Assembly (NCBI GenBank): GCA_965217585.1
Contig: OZ244561.1
Span: 6,144,001-6,208,000, forward strand
Reading direction: 5' to 3'
Source of the DNA: Candidatus Latescibacterota bacterium
GTDB lineage: Bacteria; Latescibacterota; UBA2968; UBA8231
DNA length: 64,000 nucleotides
Positions 37,671-48,600 of the stretch are shown one piece after another. Below the pieces are notes generated by a model that searched no databases, had not been told where the DNA came from, and saw only the letters and a program-made list of their open reading frames with translations. Made by a program: the position numbers and the translations under genes. Numbering within the stretch: position 1 is the first letter of the stretch; the number at the start of each line of letters is the position of its first letter.

Positions 37671-39628
37671 GGAGAACTGTCGTGGTCGCCAACGCCCATC
37701 CATTGACCCCGTCCCCCGTCCGGCCGCTCTGGGCCTTGTCCGCGGGGACGGCCTTGAGCGTTCTAGTCGCTTTTTGGGGGCCTTATAATAGCTTGGTGGT
37801 GCGCGGTTCCTACCTGACTATTGACTTTACCACCGCGGCCGCAGTTTTCCTGCTGTTTTTCCTCGCCCTGTTCGTCAATGGTCTGCTACGCCGTTTCCTC
37901 CCCTACCTAGCTCTGTCTTCGGGGGAACTGGCCATTGCCTATGTGATGGCGGCCATTTCCTGTTCTATATGTACCATGGGGCTGACCCTGTACCTGATTC
38001 CCATCCTGCCGGCGATTTCCTATCTGGCCTCCCCCGAAAACCAATGGGCCGAACTCATTCATCCCTTTGTGCCGCACTGGCTGGTGCCCCAAGGCGAGGA
38101 CGTCATCCGCGGCTTTTACGAGGGCATTGCCCGCGACCAGCCCATTCCTTGGATGGCTTGGATCCGCCCCCTGCTGAACTGGCTGCCAGTCTTGTTGGGC
38201 CTGTACATGGTCATGATCGCGCTGGCCATTCTCTTCCGCCGCCAGTGGATCGAATACGAGCGCTTGGCCTATCCCCTGGCCCAACTGCCCCTGGTGATGG
38301 GCACCCAGCAGCCCGGTCGCGCCCTCAATCCCTTTTTTCGCAGTCCGGTGATGTGGATCGGCTTTGCCGTCCCCTTCATCGTCACTTCGCTCAACGGCCT
38401 CAACGCCTACTTCCACTTCATCCCCCGCATCGTCCTCAACACCAGCGTACCCGTCTTCCACGGCATGGAGGGCCTGACCATCAACCTCAGTTTCCCCATG
38501 ATGGGCTTTGCCTACCTCATTCACCAGGAAGTGGCGCTCAGCGTCTGGTTTTTCTATTTGCTGGGCTACGCAGTCAAAAACTATTTCAGCGTTATCGGCC
38601 TCACCCGCACCCTCGACCTAGATATCTACACGCAGAGCGATGGCGGCCCGATCATGGCCTTCGTCCAGTTCGGTGCCCTCATGGCCTTGGTGGGCCACAC
38701 CCTGTGGATCGCCCGTCGGCACCTGCGGCAGAGCTGGAAGGCGGCCCTGCATCCGGAAATCGCCTCCAGCGACGACTTTTCGGCCCGGGCCGTTTATCTG
38801 CAACTGTTTCTGGGCTTGGCGCTGATGACCGGATGGTTTATTGCCATCGGGGTGCCTTGGTGGGCCGCCCTTACTTTTGTGCTGATGGCTTCGCTCACCT
38901 TTCTGGGCATCACCCGCATTCTCTGCGAATCGGGCTTGGCCGCCACCCGGGCTCAATTGATCACCCCCACGGTGGTCCGCAGTTTTTTCGGTACCCAGGG
39001 GCTGGGTGCCCCCGGTACCATAGGCGTGCTTTCCTTCGGCCAGGTGTGGATGAGCGATGTGCGCACCTTTGTCATGGCTGCGACGGCCAACGGCCTCAAG
39101 CTGACCGAATCGATCCGCAACAAGGGCTTGGTCCTGGGCAGCATGATACTGGCAGTGGTCCTGAGTCTGGGCGTATCGGTGTGGACGACCCTATACTACT
39201 CCTACGAGAGCGGTGCCAACAACGCCAATACTTGGTTTTTTCTTAACGGCCCCCGCTACACCGTTGACTTTGCGGCCAATTATCTGCGCAATCCGGCCGG
39301 ACCAGATTATAGCGGCCTAGGCCTGATGGCTTTGGGCGGGGCGGTCATGGCCGTCCTCTACTGGATCCGCAGTCATCTGCTGACCTTCCCCATCCACCCC
39401 ATAGGCTGGGCCGTCTCGCAGATGATGCTGACCCGCCACATCTGGTTCAGTGTCTTTTTAGTGTGGCTGTTCAAGGCCGTGCTGATGCGCTACGGCGGCC
39501 CCCGGGTGCTCAAGGCAGTGCGGCCTTTTTTTTTGGGGCTTATCCTCGGTCAATTCGCCGTTATCGCTTTTTGGCTGATCGTCGACCTGATCACGGGCGA
39601 ACAGGGGCACGGGCTCTACTGGGTGTGA
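37667..39628 (+). CDS. DUF6785/DUF6784-like multi-pass membrane protein (putative transporter)
   Basis: About 650 aa with many TMs. W..WIRPLL.W, RRQW…ERL.YPL..LP, SVWFFY, FPIHPIGW, W.S.F..WL.K..L.RYGG, PFFLGLILG. GTGA overlap with the upstream permease. Confidence 0.75.
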   Translation: MRRTVVVANAHPLTPSPVRPLWALSAGTALSVLVAFWGPYNSLVVRGSYLTIDFTTAAAVFLLFFLALFVNGLLRRFLPYLALSSGELAIAYVMAAISCSICTMGLTLYLIPILPAISYLASPENQWAELIHPFVPHWLVPQGEDVIRGFYEGIARDQPIPWMAWIRPLLNWLPVLLGLYMVMIALAILFRRQWIEYERLAYPLAQLPLVMGTQQPGRALNPFFRSPVMWIGFAVPFIVTSLNGLNAYFHFIPRIVLNTSVPVFHGMEGLTINLSFPMMGFAYLIHQEVALSVWFFYLLGYAVKNYFSVIGLTRTLDLDIYTQSDGGPIMAFVQFGALMALVGHTLWIARRHLRQSWKAALHPEIASSDDFSARAVYLQLFLGLALMTGWFIAIGVPWWAALTFVLMASLTFLGITRILCESGLAATRAQLITPTVVRSFFGTQGLGAPGTIGVLSFGQVWMSDVRTFVMAATANGLKLTESIRNKGLVLGSMILAVVLSLGVSVWTTLYYSYESGANNANTWFFLNGPRYTVDFAANYLRNPAGPDYSGLGLMALGGAVMAVLYWIRSHLLTFPIHPIGWAVSQMMLTRHIWFSVFLVWLFKAVLMRYGGPRVLKAVRPFFLGLILGQFAVIAFWLIVDLITGEQGHGLYWV

Positions 39629-39729
39629 AAATGGCCCAACGCAAAAGCCCTCCTGAGCGGCAGCTTCAATAATAATGAAGAGGATCTACCAGTGGCACCC
39701 TACCTCTCCCAACAGAAAGGAGTTCGGAA

Positions 39730-41628
39730 ATGGATACACGGCTGGGCGCGGCCAAACATGTTAGTACGCCGTGGGCCTTGCGCCGCTATCGGATGCTGGC
39801 GGAGTGGGAGCAGCGGGCGGCGGCGATTCGTCGGCACATTCTCGTCTGCGCGGGATTGTGGCCGCTGCCGGAGAAGACGCCGCTCAAGGCGCAGGTTTTT
39901 GGGCGGATTGAGCGGGAGGACTATGCGGTGGAAAAGGTCTTTTTCGAGAGCTTGCCCGGCTTTTTTGTCTGCGGCAATCTGTACCGGCCGCTGGGCGAGG
40001 GGCCTTTTCCGGCGCTTGCCTGTCCGCACGGCCACTGGGGGCTGGGGCGTCTCGAAAATACCGAGCTAGGGTCGATTGCGGGTCGCTGCATCAACTTCGC
40101 GCGGCAGGGCATGGTGGCCTTTTCGTACGACATGGTTGGCTACAACGACAGCGACCAATTCGTGCATCGGGAGATTGGGGGGCGGCGCGAGGCCCTGTGG
40201 GGGATCGGTGCGCTGAGCTTGCAACTGTGGAACAGCATTCGGGTGGTTGACTTCCTCGCCTCGCTGGCGGATGTCGATGCCGAGCGCATTGGCTGCACGG
40301 GCGCATCCGGTGGGGGGACGCAGACCTTTTTGCTAATGGCGGTTGATGAGCGGATTAAGGCGGCGGCTCCCGTCAACATGGTCTCGGCCCTTATGCAGGG
40401 CGGCTGTCGCTGCGAGAATCAGGGCCACTTGCGGCTGGACATCAACAATGTGGAAATCGCGAGTTGCATGGCGCCGAGGCCCTTGTTGATGGTGTCGTGT
40501 ACCGGCGACTGGACGGCGAACACGCCGGAGGTTGAGTTTCCGGCGGTGCGCGCGATCTACGGTCTCTACGGAGCGCAGAACAAGGTGAGCGAGGTGCAGA
40601 TAGACGCTCCGCACAACTACAACCAGCCGAGCCGCGAGGCGGTGTACGCGTTTTTCAAGCGCCACCTGCTCGGTGGGCAAGGACGGGTCGCCGAACAGCC
40701 GTTTGCCGTGGAGCAGGACGAGGATTTGCTGGTGTTCAACGGGCGCGAAAAACCAGCCCATGCGCTCGACTCGCAAGGGGTCTTTGCGGCCGTGATCGCC
40801 CGCAGCGAGAAGCGCTTGGCCGCGCGGTTGGCAGCAGCCCACATCCGGCGCTTCCAGCGGGAGACGCGCCCGGCGCTGGCGAGCCTGCTCGGGGTGGATG
40901 CCGCGCCTCAAGTCGCGGTGGAGAGCTTGGGATTTCGCCGCGAGGAAGGCTATGTGGCTGAGGAACTGGTTTTGGGGCGCGTGGGCCGAGGGGAATGGGT
41001 GCGAGCGACGTTTTTTCTTCCGCGTGGTCCCCAAGGCAAGGTGCCAGCGACGCTGATTGCCGATGCGCATTGGGGTGGCGATGAGCCGGGTGCGCTGGCG
41101 CAGGGCTTGTTGCAGACAGGGGGGGCCGTGCTGGTCGTCGCTCCCTTCCTGACCGATGGAGCAGAGCGGGAAGGGCACGACGAGGCGGATCCCCTGTACC
41201 ACACGTACAATCAGGCAACGATAGCTTGCCGGGTACAGGACATCCTCACGGGTCTGGCCTATCTGGGCCAGCACCTGCGCGTGGGCAAGCGCCACCTCGT
41301 CGGTCAGGGCGAGGCTGGCATCTGGTGCTTGTTTGCACGGGCGCTGACAGATGGCGTCAGTAGCACCGCGGTGGACTGGGACGGCTGCGATCTGGGCGAT
41401 GACGAAGCGTGGAGCGGAGCGCTTTTCGCGCCGGGGATTCGCGCGCTGGGCGATGTGCGGACGGCGCTGGCGTTGTGCGCGCCGGGGCGGCTGTTGGTAC
41501 ATGGGGCCGGGGAGCATTTCCCGGAGCACATCGCCAGACGATGCTATCGCGCGACAGGTAAGGGAGCGCAGCTTGTGGTTGAGGCTGAGGGGATGGGCGA
41601 GGATGCGATTGTCGAGTGGATCAACTAG
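39730..41628 (+). CDS. Acetylxylan esterase-like alpha/beta hydrolase (two-domain)
   Basis: VEKVFFES.PG…GNLYRP, CPHGHW, YDMVG, RIGCTGASGGGTQT nucleophile elbow, HNY. Confidence 0.85.
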   Translation: MDTRLGAAKHVSTPWALRRYRMLAEWEQRAAAIRRHILVCAGLWPLPEKTPLKAQVFGRIEREDYAVEKVFFESLPGFFVCGNLYRPLGEGPFPALACPHGHWGLGRLENTELGSIAGRCINFARQGMVAFSYDMVGYNDSDQFVHREIGGRREALWGIGALSLQLWNSIRVVDFLASLADVDAERIGCTGASGGGTQTFLLMAVDERIKAAAPVNMVSALMQGGCRCENQGHLRLDINNVEIASCMAPRPLLMVSCTGDWTANTPEVEFPAVRAIYGLYGAQNKVSEVQIDAPHNYNQPSREAVYAFFKRHLLGGQGRVAEQPFAVEQDEDLLVFNGREKPAHALDSQGVFAAVIARSEKRLAARLAAAHIRRFQRETRPALASLLGVDAAPQVAVESLGFRREEGYVAEELVLGRVGRGEWVRATFFLPRGPQGKVPATLIADAHWGGDEPGALAQGLLQTGGAVLVVAPFLTDGAEREGHDEADPLYHTYNQATIACRVQDILTGLAYLGQHLRVGKRHLVGQGEAGIWCLFARALTDGVSSTAVDWDGCDLGDDEAWSGALFAPGIRALGDVRTALALCAPGRLLVHGAGEHFPEHIARRCYRATGKGAQLVVEAEGMGEDAIVEWIN

Positions 41629-41662
41629 TACGGATAGCTAACCACCAACAAAGGAAGACGAC

Positions 41663-42727
41663 ATGGCAGAAAAGTACCGAGTAGGCATTACCGGCTGCGG
41701 CAGCATCGCCAACTACCACATGCAAGGCTGGAACGGGGTGGACCAAGTCGAGGTCGTGGCGCTGGCCGATCCGGTGGCTGCGGCGCGGGAGGAGTTCGGC
41801 AAGCGACATGGGATCGCCCAACGCTACGAGGATTGCCGCCAAATGCTCGACGACGAGGCGCTCGACATTGTCTCGATTTGCACTTGGCACAAGTTGCACG
41901 CGCCGATGACGATTGCCGCCTGTGCGCGCAAGCCCAAAGCCGTGCTGTGCGAAAAACCCATGGCGACGAGTCTGGGCGATTGCAACGACATGCTAATTGC
42001 CGCCCGGCGCAACCAGGTCAAGTTGGCCATTGCCCATCAGCGCCGCTTCAATCCGGCGTGGACCTTGGCCAAGGAACTGGTGGCAGCAGGGGCTATCGGC
42101 GAGGTGCGGCAGGTCAATGCGCGCGGCGGACAGGGCTTGCTCAACGATTGCTCGCACCTGTTGGACATGATGCGCTATGTGATGAGCGATCCACAGGCGG
42201 TGTGGGTGATGGGCAATATCGAGCGCAAGACCGAGCGCTTTGAGCGCGACATCCCCATTGAGGATCGCAGTCTGTGCGTGGTGCAATTCGACAACGGGGC
42301 CATCGGCCAGCTTTTGCAGGAATTGGCCGGCCCGAATTACCAAGGCGGGATCTTCTACGGCTCGGAGGGTATAATTGAACTCGACGAGAGTAAGGTGCGG
42401 CTGCTCAACAGCCAGACCGGCACTTGGGAGGAGCGTCCGGGCGAGGGTGAGGACCCCAGCGTTGGGCAGCAGCGCGAGATTGTGGAGTGGATCGAAGGCA
42501 AGGTCGAGCATCGCGGCCAAGCGGAAAACGGCCGAGCGGCGGTGGAGATCATCATGGCCACGTACGAGTCGGCGCGGCTACACGAGGTGACGGCGCTGCC
42601 TTTGCGGACGATGGCTTCGCCGTTGGAGGTGATGATCGAGGCGGGGGATTTGCCGGTAGAGCGCCCGGGCCGCTACGACATCCGCGCCTTTCTGCTGCGC
42701 GGCGAGGATATGCAGCCGGAGGGCTAG
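41663..42727 (+). CDS. Gfo/Idh/MocA oxidoreductase
   Basis: GITGCGSIA, LDIVSICT…H, LCEKPMA, HQRRF. Confidence 0.92.
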   Translation: MAEKYRVGITGCGSIANYHMQGWNGVDQVEVVALADPVAAAREEFGKRHGIAQRYEDCRQMLDDEALDIVSICTWHKLHAPMTIAACARKPKAVLCEKPMATSLGDCNDMLIAARRNQVKLAIAHQRRFNPAWTLAKELVAAGAIGEVRQVNARGGQGLLNDCSHLLDMMRYVMSDPQAVWVMGNIERKTERFERDIPIEDRSLCVVQFDNGAIGQLLQELAGPNYQGGIFYGSEGIIELDESKVRLLNSQTGTWEERPGEGEDPSVGQQREIVEWIEGKVEHRGQAENGRAAVEIIMATYESARLHEVTALPLRTMASPLEVMIEAGDLPVERPGRYDIRAFLLRGEDMQPEG

Positions 42728-44946
42728 TCGGTATTGGGCACTTGTTCTACCGACCCGTGCCAGAAGGCGATCCGCTCGCGTTTCCACGTATAGGTAATGG
42801 CCATGCCGACTTGGGTGGGGATGATCGCCGGATAGGAGTACTCGCCGTCGGCGGTTTCTAAGTCCAAGCGGCGCGGCCACGTCTGCCCATTGTCCGATGA
42901 GAGTAGGATCGACAGCGGGGTGCGCGTGCGCTCCACCGGGTTGCAGACTAAGGCGAGGGTGCCGTCGTGGAGGCGGGCTACGTCGAGGCCGCTGTTGTTG
43001 TTGGGCAGGTCCGTCGGATGGAGCGGCGACCAAGTCCGTCCTCCGTCTGCTGAGTCGCTGCGACCGATCCGCCCGCAGGTGCTGCGGGCCAGCAGATGCA
43101 CCCGCCCCGGGGCCGATTCCCAAAGCGTCGGCTGGATCGCGCCGCGGCCGGTAAAGAGCGAGCGGTCGCGTACTATGAGATCGCTGGCCTGCCAAGTCGC
43201 GCCTCGGTCCGTGCTGCGATCGACAAAGACCTCCCACCCTTCCTTTTCCAGCGAGGCCCCGGCCAGCCACGTGCCGTCGGCGAGCACGAGGAGCTTGTTT
43301 TTGACCGGCCCGCGCCCGCCTCGGTCGCCCGGTACTAGTGCTCGCGGCTCGGTCCAAGTTTGGCCGTCGTCGGCCGATTCTATCACCCAAGTCTCCCAAT
43401 CGGCTATTCGCTCGCCCACCTTGAAGAACAGATAGACGCAGCCGTCGCCGCTGGCGTGGAGCACTGGATTCCAGTGGGCGCAATCGCGCACCTTGGCCAA
43501 GCAGCGCGGGGCCGACCAACGCCCGTGCCGGCGCTCGGCTCCCCAGATCCCGACGTCCGCGTGGCTCTCGCGGGTGCCGCCAAACCACGCGGCGAGAAAC
43601 GCGCCGTTTTTGAGCTGCACCAAGGTTGAGGCATGGCACTGGGCGAAGGGCTGGTCGTCGGCAAACAGGTGCTCGCGGATGTGGATCAAGTGGCGCAGGT
43701 AGTCGCCGTAGGCGGATAGATCAAGCGACTGGCCGCCGGCCTCAATGGCTTGCTGGATCGCGGCGAGGGGCGCGTCCTGCAAGTCGCGTCCCTCGCGCTG
43801 GCAGATCCGCGCCGTCGTGCCGGCCGCAAAGCCCATCTGGGCGCAGGTCGCTTGGATGCGGAAGGAACTCATGGCCATCTGGTCGCCCGCGGCCGAGCGC
43901 CCGGCCACTAGCAGATTAGCGGCTCCTTTGGGCACTAGACTACGCAGGGGGATGTGATACGGCTCGACCATGGTGGTAATGCCCGTGCCGGCGCGCTCGA
44001 CTCGGTCGGGCCAGTGGTAGTCGAGATGGTAGGTGCCCACTGCCACTGAGTCGGGGAACGTGCAGGCATGGGTGACGTCCTCCTCGGTCAGGAGATATTC
44101 GCCGACAATGCGCCGTCCCTCGCGGGCACCGATGTGCCGGGAGACCGAGGCGAGGACGTGGGTGTCGAGCCGGGTGCCGCGGTAGCCCTTAGTCTGCAAG
44201 TAGTAAATCAGCCCCATCATCTGCCGCCGCGCATGTAGTTCGGCGCGGGACAGGCTCTGGCCATCGGCCGCGTCAAACCCCACGACCTTCATCTTGACTT
44301 CGACCTTGCCGGAGGGGAAGACGTGCAAGGTGGTCATGGGCAGGGCCTCGTCGTCGTCCCAAGTTGGGCAGCCCGGTGGCAAGAAGGGGGTGACGGGTCG
44401 GCCGGTGTCCCACAGCGCAAAGTAAAGGCTCATGGGCAGTTGTTTGTTGGCCCCCTCGTGGATGGTCGCAAACCCGGCCGCGTGGGCTAGGGCGCAGTCG
44501 CCGGTGGCATCGACGACCATGCCGGGCCGGAACTCGATGCGGTCAGAGGCGCAGGCAACCTCGACCGAGGCGATGTGTCCGCCGGTGCGTTGCGCTGTCA
44601 AGGCGCGGGCATGGAAGAGGATTTCGACGCCGGCTGAGGCGACCATTTCCTGCAAAAAGAAGGCGCACAATTCCAAGTCGTATGCACGGCGGTCGGCGAG
44701 CGGGTCGTACTCGGCGATGAGTTCGTGCTGGGCCAAGGTCGCGACGAGGCGGGCAAAAGGGGTGTTGACGCGCCGGCTATCGCCGCAAAAACCAGCGACG
44801 CCCCCGGCCGTGCCTTGGCCTCCCAAGACATTGGCCGGCTCGACAATGGCAACGGTGGTAGCGGGCGTTTTGGCGGCGAGTGCGGCAAAGGTGCCGGCCA
44901 TGCCGCCGCCGAGGACCAAGGTGTCGATGGGGCGGGTGATGGGCAT
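42724..44946 (-). CDS. FAD-dependent oxidoreductase fused to an exo-alpha-sialidase (BNR) domain
   Basis: DTLVLGGGMAG…LGGQGTAG, VDATGD, REGRRIVG, YHIPLRSL…NLLVAGR (FAD_oxidored). Then HASTL…AWFGG.RE, NPVL, and SADDGQTW/STDRGATW/SADGGRTW/SSDNGQTW Asp-boxes, YSYP. Confidence 0.87.
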   Translation of the reverse strand: MPITRPIDTLVLGGGMAGTFAALAAKTPATTVAIVEPANVLGGQGTAGGVAGFCGDSRRVNTPFARLVATLAQHELIAEYDPLADRRAYDLELCAFFLQEMVASAGVEILFHARALTAQRTGGHIASVEVACASDRIEFRPGMVVDATGDCALAHAAGFATIHEGANKQLPMSLYFALWDTGRPVTPFLPPGCPTWDDDEALPMTTLHVFPSGKVEVKMKVVGFDAADGQSLSRAELHARRQMMGLIYYLQTKGYRGTRLDTHVLASVSRHIGAREGRRIVGEYLLTEEDVTHACTFPDSVAVGTYHLDYHWPDRVERAGTGITTMVEPYHIPLRSLVPKGAANLLVAGRSAAGDQMAMSSFRIQATCAQMGFAAGTTARICQREGRDLQDAPLAAIQQAIEAGGQSLDLSAYGDYLRHLIHIREHLFADDQPFAQCHASTLVQLKNGAFLAAWFGGTRESHADVGIWGAERRHGRWSAPRCLAKVRDCAHWNPVLHASGDGCVYLFFKVGERIADWETWVIESADDGQTWTEPRALVPGDRGGRGPVKNKLLVLADGTWLAGASLEKEGWEVFVDRSTDRGATWQASDLIVRDRSLFTGRGAIQPTLWESAPGRVHLLARSTCGRIGRSDSADGGRTWSPLHPTDLPNNNSGLDVARLHDGTLALVCNPVERTRTPLSILLSSDNGQTWPRRLDLETADGEYSYPAIIPTQVGMAITYTWKRERIAFWHGSVEQVPNTD

Positions 44947-45307
44947 AGGGGCATCCGTTTGTTGGAGGGAATGGGAGTAATATGTGCACTCAGGAGGGCA
45001 GGGAACAGACGGCGGCGGGGTGTTTGACACTGTTCAACGCCCCGTCTTCCGTTTTTAAGACCCTTATAGAAACCGCGTAGAAAGGAGCACAACCGATCGT
45101 GCTATGGCTTGACACATACCCCTAATCGTGTGCATTTTAGTAACCACAATCGTATGTATCTTCATATTGGCTGATGTCAAAATAGAAAATGGTTCATAAC
45201 CCGACATTTGATAGGACCGCGCTTGGTGCCGTGGCCCCATGTAGCGTCCAGTCCCGAGCTTTGGACGACAAGGATAACTTCATAAGTCGTTCAAAAACAG
45301 TTATTTA

Positions 45308-45324
45308 CCCCCCCCCCCCCCCCC
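45308..45324. repeat. Homopolymer C17
   Basis: 17 consecutive C in the intergenic region upstream of the surface protein gene. Confidence 0.9.
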
Positions 45325-45644
45325 TCATTCTCTAAGACCCACTAGCTCCATACTGCGGCCAAGTCATATTTGGCCGCGCCTGCTCGGTTCTTTGCCGAGT
45401 ACCGATGGGCCGAAGGTCGCTTCTGTTCTGCGACCTGCTATAAACGTTTGTCCTTTATTGGCAGACGTTGGCCATCCTTTTTTGCGCCTGTCCGCAAACG
45501 TTCGTTCTCCCCTTAGCACACGATCCTCACGACCGATGCGGACCGATGTGTTGGAGGTCGTCTCTGTTGAACAAACACGACCTCGGCGGGGATTGAACCG
45601 GGCACTGGCGCTCGTCAACCACCCTCTGTGAAAGGAGATTTATC

Positions 45645-48600
45645 GTGAAGAACTTAGATCATATCGCTTCAGCTATCGCCGAGGCCATGAGTGTACATCG
45701 GTGGCGGGAGCAACGCCGCCCGCCATCGCCGCTTGACCGCCTGCCGCCCCGGTGGGGCGGCCGTCCTTCCCCATCGACTGCATCCGCCGCCGGTCCGCTG
45801 GCGGCGCGCGCGCGCTACGCGCTGGTGGCCGTGGCGTGCCTCGGCCTCACCTGTGTACTCGCCCTGCCGGTCGCGGCTCAGACCCTCTCGGACGACGTGA
45901 CGCTGAGCGCGCTGGTGGTCAACGACGGCAGCGCCGACCTGCCGCTGGAGCCGACCTTCAACTCAGCGACGGCCAGTTTCGGCGAATACTACGTGGATGT
46001 AAGCCACGATGTCGAGGAGGTGACGGTGACGGCAACGCCGAACCATTCCGGCGCGACGGTGGAATATGATCCCCCGAACGTGTTGCCCCTGGAGGTCGGC
46101 TATCAGGGCATCAGGATCTATGTGACCTCGGAAGACGGAGTTGAGGATGAGACCTACAAGGTGGGGGTGTTCCGGGCGCCGCCCGCGACGCCGTCCTGCA
46201 CGCTGAACCCGGGCGACATCTGGTGCTCGCTGCTCCCCGTCACTTTGAACGATCCCGCCCTTCTCGGCGCGAGTATTGGGGCCCTGTCCGACTTCGACTT
46301 CACCTACAAGGGCTACAAGTACTGGTTCCGGTCGATCCGCCTCGATGATCGAGACGGTGAACTCCGCGTCATTTTCTACCCCCTCTACCCCTTCAACAGG
46401 CTGACCGAACGGGCCGCCGTGGGCGCTCTCGATAAGCTGTATCTGCAAGTCGAGAACGAGTCGTTCCGTTTCTCGGAGAACGAGCGGCCTTCTTGGAGTA
46501 CGGCGCACCACCCATGGAGTGACAGCGGTCTGGAGTGGTCGGAAGGGACCACCGTCACGGTGCGGCTGCGGGAAAACCCCCCCGAGGTCGAGTCGGTGGA
46601 GGAGACGAGTTGGCCGCAATCGGGGGGGCACGTGTACAGGTGGGGCGATACGATCTTGTTCACCCTGACCTTCAGCGGGAAGGTGCGGGTGGAGGGCCAG
46701 CCAACGCTGGTCTTCGACCTGGGCGGGAGCGACCGTGAGGCACGGTTCTGGGGGCTGTCGGACATCGACTATACGAAGGACGGTCCGCGGCCGCGGCCGC
46801 GGCCGGAAGCGGTGAAGGTGCATTTCGGCTACACGGTGCAGCCGGGCGACTTCGACTCCGACGGCGTCGAGGTCGGGGAGCTGTCGAGCGCGATACGGCT
46901 CGGCGACGCTCGGATCCTGAGCGCTGCGAACGGCGACGAGGTGGAGCTCTCCTATGCCGCGCTCGGCCGGCTGATGGACCACACGGTCGACGGCGGGTCG
47001 ACGCAACCGCCGGCGGATGCCGGGGTCACGATCGTCGATACCGACGGCAATCCGCTCGCGCAGGTGAACGGGGAGTACCGGCTGGTGATTCCCGAGAACA
47101 CCTTGGGGCGCTACGGGCTGAAGCTGAACACCCGACCGACGCACCCGGTGGATTTCTCGGCGATCTATGGCGACGGCGACGAGGATCTGCGGGTATTGCC
47201 GACCTACACGCCACTGTCGATCGCGCCGGACGAGTGGGAGACCACGTATTGGATGGAAATCCGGGCGTGGCGCGACGACGACGCGGTGGACGGGGAGCGG
47301 GTCTTCCATAACCGCGTGCACAGCAAGGACCCGGTGTACAACGACCTCATCCTTCCCGATGTCCTCGTGGTTGAGGACGACGACGATGCTACGGCGTCGG
47401 CCACGGCGTTGGAGGAATCGTCGGGCGAAGATGACTTGGGAACGTCCGCCGGGCATTCGGAGCCGCAAGAGGAGGACGAGATTACCGCGCTGACGGCGAG
47501 CTTTGAGGACGAGCCGAGCGGGCATGACGGGGAGAGCGCATTCACGCTGCGGATCGCGTTCAGCGAGGCGGTCGCGATCGACGCCCCCAGCGTGGGGGTG
47601 ATCAACGGCTCGGTGACCGAGGTCCGGCGCGTGGACGGACGCGACGACCTGTGGGAGATCACCGTGGTGCCGGCGTCGAACGAGATGGTGTTCGTCTCGC
47701 TCTTGCAACCGCTGGCCTGCGGCGAGACGGGCGCGATCTGCACGGCTGACGGACGGCCGTTGTCGGTGGGCATCTCGACGGTGGTGCCGGGGCCGGAGGA
47801 ATTGTCGGGCACCTCCGAGGAACAGGTGTCGGAGGAATTGTCGGACGATTCGGGTGCCGAGGAGACCGCCCAGCAGCCGAAGTCGGATGATTCGTCGGGG
47901 AATCGGAAATCCACCGATGGTAACGCGCCGCGCGGTACTGCTACCTCTACCGCTGGCGGCGATTCCTCAGACGCTAGTGAAAGCGAGGAGCAACAGGAGT
48001 CCCCCAATACCGAGGAGCCGTCCACGCCCACCGTTGAGTCGGAGGAATCGTCGGACGATCCGGGTGGCGGTGGCACCTCCGAGGAACAGGCGTCGGAGGA
48101 ATCGTCGGACGATCCGGGTGGCGGTGGCACCTCCGAGGAACAGGTGTCGGAGGAATCGTCGGACGATCCGGGTGGCGGTGGCACCTCCGAGGAACAGGTG
48201 TCGGAGGAATCGTCGGGCGATTCGGGTGGCGAGGAGACCGCCCAACAACCGAAGTCGGAGGAATCGTCGGACGATTCGGGTGGCGAGGAGACCTCAAAGC
48301 AAGCAGAGTCGGAGGAATCGTCGGACGATTCGGGTGGCGGTGAGCCCTCCGAGGAACAGGTGTCGGAGGAATCGTCGGGCGATCCGGGTGACGAGGAGCC
48401 GCCCACGCCCACCGTTGAGCTCGATGGCATATCCGCGAGTCATAGTTCGGTTAGCGAAAACGATGGGCCGGTGACCATCACGGTGACCGTGACGTTGGAC
48501 AAAGCCGCTGCGGTTGACGAGACGATCACCCTCGCGATTGTCTCCCCAACATTAGGCAAGACGGCCAAGCAAGGCGAGGATTTCGACGCGACATTAGATG

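Noticed and set aside
45008-45057. GC-rich hairpin followed by a T-run
   Set aside because: No plus-strand gene lies upstream to terminate; function unsupported.
45281-45307. TAAGTCGTT…AACAGTTA, a dif/att-like imperfect palindrome before the C17 tract
   Set aside because: The arms pair poorly, there is no second site, and no recombinase is present in the window.
48039-48410. Regularly spaced repeats that could be mistaken for a CRISPR array
   Set aside because: They are in-frame 54-bp coding units without unique spacers, and no cas genes are present.
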